Assembly: GCA_001179505.1 (NCBI GenBank) | Contig: CDMY01000257.1 | Coordinates: 83,088 to 147,087 of the forward strand | Direction: 5' to 3' | From: Vitrella brassicaformis CCMP3155 | Taxonomy: Eukaryota; Protista; Chromerida | DNA: 64,000 bases | Shown here: positions 51,244 through 61,027 of the stretch, in pieces | Layout: every line of letters starts with the position of its first letter | Position numbering within the stretch: position 1 is the stretch's first letter | Notes under the pieces: generated by a model | What the model saw: the letters and a program-made list of their open reading frames with translations, nothing else | Told to the model about the DNA's origin: nothing | The model's database searches: none | Translations under genes and position numbers: made by a program

Positions 51244-51460
51244 AGGCATGTGTCTGTGGATTGCAACCTCGGCCTGCTCTGCACTTCCAGTTTGCCCAGA
51301 CAAATGCTAGGTATGTACTTGTTATGAGACGCGCTGCTGTGCTCTTTGTGCGTAATGTTTTTGTCGACAAGCCATGGACGTACTCATGAATTCTGGTCGA
51401 CATGAGACACATTCATTCGTGAGATGCGTGTGAATCGGTATGGTACAATCAGCAATGAGC

Positions 51461-52013
51461 ACACACTCCAAAGGTCAGCTCTGCCAGTGGGGCCAAGGAA
51501 CGTCGCTGCTTCTCGTGCGCCTGCCTGTCTGTCTGTCTGTCTGTCTGTTTGCAGGTGGGACCTTCGTGTGGGCCAACAAGCACGTGTTCGACCCCTACCT
51601 GCGCGCCCACCTCCTCAGTGGCGTTTCCACACAGCCCATCGACATTGAGGAGCCCACCATCACCAAGCAGGTCGCTGACGATGAGGGAGAGGATCTGACC
51701 GAGGAGAAAGACGGGCAACAGGAGACAGATGGGGTGGAGCCGGCTCATGACGACGAGGCCGAGAATGGGGGTGTCGTGGAGCCTCTGCACGAGGGCGCTC
51801 TGACGCTGTCGGGCGTGCCGCAGGGAAAGCTCCAGGCCATCCTCTACCTCGAACAAAGCAGAGAGAGGAACAAAGTGAGAGCAAACAGACACGGACAAGC
51901 AAGCATGGCTTAGTACTTCTGCACTCTTCTCCCTTCCTTTGCCCTTCTCAGCCCCGCGAGGCCCCCAAGCCTCCCCCGAAGGCCCCCTTCTTCCTGCCCG
52001 CTCGCTACGAAGG
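51461..52013 (+). pseudogene. Internal UTP21 fragment (copy of about 41380-41950)
   Basis: GGTFVWANKHVFDPYLRAHLLSGVSTQPIDIEEPTITKQ...LQAILYLEQSRERNK aligns to UTP21 exons with substitutions. No start present. Confidence 0.8.
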
Positions 52014-52313
52014 NNNNNNNNNNNNNNNNNNNNNNNNNNNNNNNNNNNNNNNNNNNNNNNNNNNNNNNNNNNNNNNNNNNNNNNNNNNNNNNNNNNNNNN
52101 NNNNNNNNNNNNNNNNNNNNNNNNNNNNNNNNNNNNNNNNNNNNNNNNNNNNNNNNNNNNNNNNNNNNNNNNNNNNNNNNNNNNNNNNNNNNNNNNNNNN
52201 NNNNNNNNNNNNNNNNNNNNNNNNNNNNNNNNNNNNNNNNNNNNNNNNNNNNNNNNNNNNNNNNNNNNNNNNNNNNNNNNNNNNNNNNNNNNNNNNNNNN
52301 NNNNNNNNNNNNN
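52014..52313. other. Assembly gap (300 N)
   Basis: Run of N. Confidence 1.
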
Positions 52314-52856
52314 AGCCCTTCGAGGTGACCGCTGGCGAGCCTGGCCTGAGGCTTACAAGAGAGCAAATCGAGTAACACACGATTTAAAGGGAGAAGAAAT
52401 CCACAGGGCCTTTACTGTGTTGATGTGTGTCTTCAAGTTCTATTGCCCAAGTTGTGACAAACGATGGTAGCACGCCCAGGCTCCAATCGCCGGCCGGCTA
52501 CAGGCTCAACTGCTCATGCGACGACCTCGAGCGCATCAAGAATGAGACCAATGGCGGCGACGGGTTCATTGTGCGGACGGTTCCGTTGTTTGTCGACACT
52601 GGTGTTGAGGAAGAAGAGGTGGAGCAGCTCTGCCCTGTGCTTATCAGATGCGGTACGGCGGCAAGAGAGAAAGACAATGGGATGTCTCAATCGATTCGAT
52701 TCGGTTTTCTCTATCAGAGCCGCCAACTGGGACAGACACGGCGGGCTGCGATGCGATTGACCAGGAGATGTCATCGGTGTCGAGTCGCGATGCGCTGTCT
52801 CTTGTCAAGACTCGTCCCTGACTGGCTGTGGCCGGGTGGACAGGTGGACTCACATG
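52314..52856 (+). repeat. Apparently identical copy of 49501-50043 (3' end of copy A)
   Basis: Same bases at offset 2813. One copy ends exactly at a gap and the other begins exactly at a gap. Confidence 0.85.
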
Positions 52857-53735
52857 GATAGAGGAAGCTCGTGAGACACACCGTCAACCCGTCGGCCATA
52901 CCTGAAAGGGGCCTTTCGTCAGGCGAGAGCTTTGTGTTTTTCCTGTGATCGCATTCTCTGCGGCACGTACGTCAGCCACACACGCATGTGTGACCTGCAG
53001 CAGGGTATGCAAAGCGAATCACACAGCACCTTTGTAGCCTGATGTATGCATCAAACGCACGTCGGCTCTCTCTTTGTGTGTGTGTGTGTCTTCTCGCTGC
53101 TCGGCTACATGTATATGTGTGTACGGACGAGCACAGCAATGGCGTATTTGTTGGCAAAGCAAGTGAGCAGTCGACCTCCGTATTGCTATCGATGCATGCT
53201 GTGTTTGTGGGCTGAAACCTCGGCCTGCTCTGCGCCTCATTTGGTGCTGGATATGTGTGAGAATCTTTCCCATGCTGCGCATTTTGTGCATGGCGTCGCT
53301 GGAGGCGAGGCATGAATTGACAGATGATCAACCACCAACTCGTCCGCACGAGAAATGTACACGGTAAGACTCCGATACAAACCAGCAAGCACCACAGGCA
53401 CGTAACACCCAGACACACACCCGATTCAGGAACACCGAAAGAGGATCGCGGCGCCCACAGGCGGCACGGCACGTACCCAGCTAGCAATGCAGAATCCCGA
53501 TTGCGATGAGGGTCCGTGCATTTTCTTCGCATGGTGTGTGGATTCAGTCAGGCCATCCCTCCCTCGCACCTTACGCGTGTATACAAACCGAAAAAGTAAG
53601 TCAACAAGTGACGACGCCATCGACGCAGCACGATGCAAGACGATTAACGACTAATTACCCAGACATTATCACCTCAATGCCTGCCCGCAGCTTGGCTCAC
53701 TGTCTGGGAAAGATCAGCACGTGTGTGAGAAAGGA

Positions 53736-54025
53736 CTAGCAGCCCCGGTCACAATCCGACAAACACACGGTCCTGTCGCGTCCCGACAACTGTCCACAAT
53801 CGTCGTCGCAGCAGCATAGTAGGTTGGCATCACACATACAATCCGGGAGAGGAGGACAGCGCTGCACACATACACACACATGTCCAGGGAGGTTCATCTG
53901 GTGAGCACTGGCTGTTGTGGGCACTCTGTTGCGATTGCGTGTGCTTGCTGCTTGCGCACCTGCCCGAATACAGGGGATGCTGCGAGGAGAGCCACAAGGG
54001 CAACGACGAACCGAAGGAACCTCAT
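53736..54025 (-). CDS. Small secreted Cys-rich peptide, copy 3 (divergent; about 63 aa, 10 Cys)
   Basis: Exon 1 54025-53960 MRFLRFVVALVALLAASPVFGQ; donor GTGCGC; exon 2 53861-53736 RCPPLPDCMCDANLLCCCDDDCGQLSGRDRTVCLSDCDRGC* after the same GTGTGCAG acceptor. An upstream acceptor (CACCAG) is also possible. Confidence 0.82.
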
Positions 54026-54116
54026 GATTACGGCCGCTTGTCGCACCCGTACACTGTGTAAACACTCTTCTCGACCGTTGCGGCTCTTGTACCGCTGTGG
54101 TTTGTGTATTCTCTGT

Positions 54117-57100
54117 ATGCTCGCGTGGCTTCCTGCGGCTGTGTTGGTCATCTTGCTGGGTCAATGGGAGAGGAGGGGTGCTGTGGCTCAGTTCACGACG
54201 GCCTGTCTGACCGGCAACACGAGAGAGACCGACGACGGACGGCCGACCGAAACAAACGCAGACTGCCAGGCGGGTAAGCACAACAGGGGGCACGTGAACA
54301 ACAAGTGGATGCGAATGCCTTTCCTTTCTTCAGTCGTGATTCCTGGCGAAGATGGCGATGAGATCTTCTATTCGAGTTGTGAGGCAAATGCGCTGCTGCC
54401 CATCGTCGACAACCCCGACCTGGGCAACTTCGGCCAGTGCTTCTATGAAGATATCGCCCAGGAAGACCTCAAGGAGCAACAGGAGTATGCGCTGAACAAT
54501 GAGGACTCGGATACTTTCGGCAATGTCACTGCGACCAGCGGCAACCAGTCCATTATCTGTGGCGAGCCGAGCGGCGTCACTGGCACAAACATCACCGATC
54601 TGGGCACTGCGGCACTGGGAAGGTAGGAACTGCTCAATGAGTATGGCACCGTAATTTCGTGCTCCTGTCTGTCAGTTGCCCGTCGGACAAGCCCATCTGT
54701 GCCCGCACGAGCGACTCACGGTTCTGCTACTGCATCGAGGAGGAAGTGGGTTTGTTCGGTGACGTGGCCAGCTTCTCGCGCGGCGATGTCAGCCTCGTGC
54801 TGGGCGTCGCCAGCGGCCAGCCATCGTCTCTGTGTTTCCCGGCCGAGCTGGATCCGTGCTTCAATGCAGTCAACCGCTTCGCCGTGCCCTTCGACTGTGC
54901 GGGCAGCCTGCCCGTCGTCGAGAGAAGGGAAGACATTGGGCCCGATCCACGACAGCAGAGGCTGCTGCCGAATGACCCGCCCACCGACCCACAAGAGGCG
55001 ACGTTCGCCCAGCTGGTGCCCGGCACTTATCTCTTCGAAGACGTGCGCTCGGGTGCCTATCTGCCGACCATTGACAACGTGGGCACTGGCAATGTGCCGA
55101 GCTGCATGAGGATTCAGGGCAAGAAGAACGACAGCAATGGGCTTGATGATTTTTTCCTCGACCTGTCATGCAACACGACAGAGGGCGTCAGTGTCACCCT
55201 CCAGTTCACCTGCCCCGAGACCGGCCTCTGCTCCAATCGAGCCGGCAACGCCCTCCAGCCTGCAGTTGCCACCATCCAGGGCGTGCTGCAGGTCGAGCAG
55301 GCCAGCAATCCGGCATGCGAGGGAATCGAGGCGCAGATCGAGGTCGCCCTGACGGGCTTCGTGGACGAGTCGGAGTCTCTCATTGCCCAACAATTCGAGT
55401 ACAACCAGACTCAGCGGATTCTGATCTTCGGCAACGAGGAGCAGGACGACCTCGTCACTGCACGCTTGATCGGCATTCTCTCGCCCGCGGCCAACACGAG
55501 TCTCGGCCTCCTGACGTTCCCCGATGACGTGCCTGACGAATGTGATGCCCTGCTCAACCAGCGAGTGTTCACAGTGACGTCGGGCCAGACCGAGGCGGGC
55601 GGCATTATCGGGCTGGCTGCCTCAGGTTTTGGGCGAGACGTGGAGAGCGGCAATACCATCCGCAAGGTGCAGGCTTGGGCCAGTGGCTCACTCTCTCCCC
55701 GTCCAGCAATGACGAATGCCCGTGTCTCTCTCTGTGTGTTCTTAGAGGCCGTTGGAGTTGAATGAGGATGCCAAAGCCAATCGAACAGCGTTCTTGGACT
55801 GCAGCAATTTCTGCGTGCGGGCGGAGCAAAGCAGAGATGACGATGAGGCGGTCGGAAACAGAGACACAGAGGACAGCGAACTCGTCTTTCTCGGGAAGGA
55901 CCTGGGCCGTGCGCTGCTTGGAGAAGTCCTGCCGACCATTTTCTTTCCCATCTACGAGCCCGGAAAGTCACCAGACCTGTCGTTCAGCAGCTTCTTTCTT
56001 GGGGACTCTTTCTTTGCGAGCACGACCCTCGATACCACAGTGTGCTCCGGCGACGATCGATTTGATGGGTTGCCACTCCCGGCGTTAGCTCTCTGCACTA
56101 AGGCCCTACCAGAGGCGCCTCGATCCTTTGAGCTCTTCGATACGGAGACAGGCACCCAGCTTGACTTCATCATCAAGGTACACCATTTCACACAACACCC
56201 GTACATCTGTCCGTCTCTGTGCTGCCCCTGTGTGAAGGGCCAGCTGGGAAAGCTGATCGATGGGAGACAAGGTACATGAACCAGGCAGTCAGACAGCACA
56301 CGGCCATCAGTGCCTGTCTTGTTGCTGATGTGTCTCGAAGTGTTGACTAATTGCCGTGGGCAAAGGCTGCAAGACCTCCCTGTCGGTGTGGACCCTGGAG
56401 GAGGGTCACCCTTTCTCTTTAATCAGATCTCCGGCCGGGGTATTGGCGAGACTGTGGGTATCGCCCTCGCACCCGACGCTGGAGACCTCGGAGGCAATAC
56501 GTGCGTCACAACCAGACAAAGAGGGGACAAAAGAAGGCTGCATAGTTGTATGGGGATAATGGAGGACAGGGAGCAGAGCGTGAACGTTTCCATCCTGCTG
56601 CGGCCAGGAAACGGCAGTGAGACGGCGGGGTGTTCTGGTGGAGGGGGAAGAAATCTTACAGATCAAATAATGGAGGAGGCAGACATATGCTTCATCGGAT
56701 ACACCTGTTGTAAGGCTTTCATGAACCCTCGCTCTTAACTATTTTCGTTTTTTGATGTTTGCTTCCCTTCTCTTTATTTCAGTTGAGGCATGTCCTCAGG
56801 TCAACTTGACGACCACACCCCCTACAGCCCAGCCGTCGAGCTATCTTCTGACGGACCGCCTGAGCGAGACGACCAATGGCGCAAATGTCAGCTACTGCCT
56901 GGAGCTGATCGATGAGGACTTCCGAGCCCTTTTCACTTGCGACCCGGACGAGGAAGACCCAGACGAGGAAGGGGTTGGTTTGCAAGTGCGGATCAGATAC
57001 GACGTTGCGGAGCTAGACGGACGCGTTGTCAACATCATAGACAACACGACAGGGGAGCTGGCGACCGTGGACGTTGCGAATGTGGACTTTAAGGGCGCAG

Positions 57101-58395
57101 TGAGGCAGGTCTTGCCCGAAGAGTGCAATGGCACGTTGATGTTTGTTGAAGGTGCGCACACACATATACACGGCAGACAGAGCGACAGAAAGAAAGAAAG
57201 ATAGACAGACAGACAGACAGACGGACGGACGTCGAGAGAGACCGAGAGATGCTCAGCCACTCGGAGACTTGGGATATTCGGTTCATGCAGGCACTCTTGT
57301 TGGCGGCCTTGTTTTTCAACTGAGCCCTGACGAAGAGCCCCTTAATGGCAAGTACCTCCCCACCGTCACACGCTTTCCAGCGGTCCCTGAGATATTGTGG
57401 ACGAGCACCGCGTCACCGGGAGAAATGGAGTATGTAATGGTTCAAGGCCTGTATCCCAGCTCCGAGGACATCCCGAAGGAGTGCTTCGATCTGACGCAGA
57501 AGCTCACGTACAGGAAGAGAGCCTTCGTTCTCGAAGACGGCAACCCCAAGCCACGAACATCGATTCCTCTTGTGGAGGTTGCTGAATCGGAGGCTGAGAG
57601 CGATAAGATGGACGTCGACACTTTTGGGTGGTTCCGTGTGTACGAGGAGCAATCAGAAGGAGGAAGGGAGCAAAGGAACTTTAGATCAAGGATTGAGGGG
57701 ACTCTGTGGGAAGTGTGTGGAATCCAGAAAATAGGTGCATCATACATGGATCTCTCGACACGTGTACCCGCTTGTGCTTGCAGTGCCTTCTGATTCAGAC
57801 TCTACTGCTGTCCAAATCCAATGCCTCCCTCGCGAGCCCTTCAAGGTGACCGCCGACGCACCAGGCATCGAGCTCACCCAAAAGCAACTCAAGTAACACA
57901 ATTGGAGAGAGGATTCCACATGAAGTTTATCGTGTCTGTGTGCTTGTCTTCTTTCTTCAAGTTCTACTGCCGAAGTTGTGACCAACGATGGCACCACGCT
58001 GAAGCTTGAATCGCCGGTCGATTTCCTCACCTGTTCATGTAACGACCGCGAGCGCATTAAGAATGAGACCAATGGCGGCGATGGGTTCATTGTGCGGACC
58101 GTTCCGTTGTTTGTCGACATCGACCCCAAGGTTGAGGGAGAAGAAGTGAAGCAGCTCTGCCCTGTTCTGATCGATTGTAGTACGCTGGAAGAAAGGACAC
58201 AACCATGAGGACACGGGTCGTCTTATCCTTTTCTTCTCTTCTTCAGAGCCGCCGACTGATGGGGATGCAAGCTGCAAGCCGAGTGAGATGGCGCTGAGAC
58301 GTCTTACCGTCTCTCTTCTGAGGCCTCGGCCGTTACACAAGGCGATACAACAGGGCAGCGGCGGGGCAGAGCAAAGAAGTCGAGGACGTGGATAA
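54117..58395 (+). CDS. Large secreted acidic Cys-containing glycoprotein, copy B
   Basis: MLAWLPAAVLVILLGQWERRGAVAQFTTAC.... Exon structure and Cys positions are collinear with copy A (SCPSDKPICARTSDSRFCYCIEEEVGLFGDV...). Ends ...GAEQRSRGRG* at 58393-58395. Confidence 0.8.
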
Positions 58396-59649
58396 GCGAG
58401 CCACCCACGGCAGACTCATCGGCCAAGGGCGGGGGGCACATCCGGCCGTGAGACGGTTTTTGTACGTTATGCACTGAGTTACACACGCCTGTGTGACTTG
58501 CGGCAAGGTACGCGATGTATGAGACACAAACGATGATGAGCGTCATTCGTTCGCTTCTGCGTCTCCGTCTGCCCTCTACAGCCACCGCTCGATGTGCACA
58601 CCAGTGGCGTATTTGTTGGCAAGACAGCATTCGGCTGACTGCGTCTGTGAAATTGAGAGTAGGGAGGCATAGTCGATTGGTAGGTTGATATGTCACTTCC
58701 TTTATCGCATGTATCGATCGCCAGTGTCGTAGCCGTAGGTAGGCAGGAGAGAGGAAGGTGCATAGGCAGTCGCAGGACTATTGACAGCACGCGCTGCTGC
58801 GCGATGGCTTGCCCGCTTTGTGTATCATATGCTTCTAGCAGCAAGCCGTGAATTCATCAACTACACTCGTACATGGATCCACGACCAGTGACCCAGACGT
58901 TTCCTTGTCTCATCAATAGGTGATAGGGCTGGTCGTCCTTTCTTGCATGTCTGCTGTGATGCGCCTCGTCTCGTGTCGGTAGATAGGGGGTCGATGATGC
59001 AATGAGACACATGTGTCCGGATGTACACACTGCTGCTGTACATTACATGTACTGCATCATGTACATAGACATACGTTTGTCGTCACGTTGCATAGCTCAC
59101 TCTATCAAGTTAGCACTGGACAGCCAGTCAGTCAGCCAGACAGCCACAATTAAGATGGCCACGAAGACTGTTTTCTCTCTCGGTTACTTTGTTACGCAAA
59201 CAACCACACGGATATTTGTTGGGATGCATGCGTTGATGGTCAGAGATGGCCGTTGAGTGGACATGGTGTGATGCACGATTGATTCACACGAGTGATTCAT
59301 TCATGAATGTATCCGAGTCTGCGAACACGGTCACCACACTCACAAATAAGCTGTATGAATGCCCCACGCCACTCTTTCTATCCGTCTTTGTCTGTACACG
59401 GGGGCTACTCATGGTCTCACAAATGAATGAATGAATGAATGAATGGATGGATGGATGCACTGACAGGTAGAGAGAGAAGAGCAAGAGGAAGAGTACTATA
59501 TACCATCGATTGGCAACATCAAACGCAGGCAAACACGCAGGTCCAACCACACACACACGTCCCTTCCACCCGTCACATCCCTCCATCAGCCACGCAGCCA
59601 GCCAATCGCATTCCCTTCTTTGTCGGTCTGCCTAGTCTGTAGGTCTTGT

Positions 59650-60881
59650 TCACTTCTCGTCGGCTCCTCCCCGCTGCACCTTGACGGCCTTGGGCGCCCA
59701 CTGGCCGATGGCGGCATTGGCGCGGCTCATGTAGGCCGCGGCCGCCTGACACGGACGAACTGTCTTCAGGCGGCTGAAGCCCTCACTCCTCAACTCATAG
59801 CCATCCCCACGCACATAGGACGACGACACGCCAGCTGCACCCTCACCGCCACCACACACACCGCCATCCTGCTGCTCACCAGCCGTGGCCTTGTGGACGT
59901 CCGTCGGCAGGCCGGCCACGTCGTTGTGCTTGGGGAGGGGAGGGGAAGGGACACGACGACAGCAGGCTGCCCCACGAACACGCCGGCAGAGAGACCCTCC
60001 TTATTGCCCACCACACCATCGATAGCGCCTCGTCCACTGTCACCACACCCACGTGAGCCATCCGATCCCCCTGCTGCCTTGCCGGCCTCCTTGCGTCCTC
60101 CGGTGCTGCCGGCGGTGTGGTCGACCGCCTGCTGGGGCGAGGGGGGGAGGGGGAGGGCAGCAGACGGCGACACACGAGCAGATGACGACTCAGGCACAGC
60201 GGTATCGACGGGCAACTCGCGCCTAACAGCACGAGTACCCACCACAGCACCATTGACAGCCACACCAGTGGATTTGTTGTTCTGTCGTGTTTTGCGAGCG
60301 GCAGAGGGACGGCCGGCAGAGAGGCCGCCGAGCAGCTTGGGGTTGCTCTCGATGAGCCGCGTGTACTCGGCCCTCTCTTTGTCCTTCAGCGACTGCCGGG
60401 TGCGCTCCTTGACGGCCGTCCGCTTTGCAAGCCGCTCTGCTGACGCCGTCTTCATCGCTTGGACGGTCTGCTGGGCCGCATGCAGGGCCTCCTGGGCACC
60501 GGTGGCGCCGAGGACGACCATCGGGACTGACGAGCGGTTGGTGAGATGGGTCTGCTGGGCTTTGGGCGGTCCCCTGCCCATGAGGATGCTGCCCATGCAG
60601 CTGGGGCGGCCTGTGTAGAGCTGCAGATGACCGGTCTTCGACAGCACCGGCATAATGACGACAATAAGGTGACGATAAGAGACGAATATCAGACGTTGGT
60701 CGTTTCTCCTTCACGAGAGCTCTGCTGAATGGCGATTTGCACCTCGGGAGAAGTCCTTTCTCCACTTCACCGCGAGCTTGTAGCGCGCACCTCTCCAAGA
60801 GCTTTGAGCAGGTGTCGATTTGCATGTTTTGAGGCGTGACGAACCCGCGCGGCCGCAACAAACGAAGATCTTCACCGACAT
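59650..60881 (-). CDS. Hypothetical basic protein, exon structure unresolved
   Basis: Coding-like segments AQQTVQAMKTASAERLAKRTAVKERTRQSLKDKERAEYTRLIESNPKLL and YELRSEGFSRLKTVRPC...GGADEK*. Start and splicing uncertain. Confidence 0.4.
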
Positions 60882-61027
60882 CGTCGAATTCAACGCAGGA
60901 TTCTCCAACTGAATGGTGTTCAGCATATGAGTCGTCGAAGCCACGAACGGACAGCCGCGTGTTGCTCTGCCGTGTGTTGATCTGCCGCCCGCTTCAGTCA
61001 GTGGCCTGGATCTCTTCCTTGATCATC

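Noticed and set aside
43357-58600. Repeats as a transposon or CRISPR-like array
   Set aside because: No transposase/RT ORF, terminal repeats or regular repeat-spacer pattern. The repeats are gene-sized segmental duplications.
59620-60618. 332-aa plus-strand ORF
   Set aside because: It is the antisense shadow of the minus-strand coding-like region and has no motifs.
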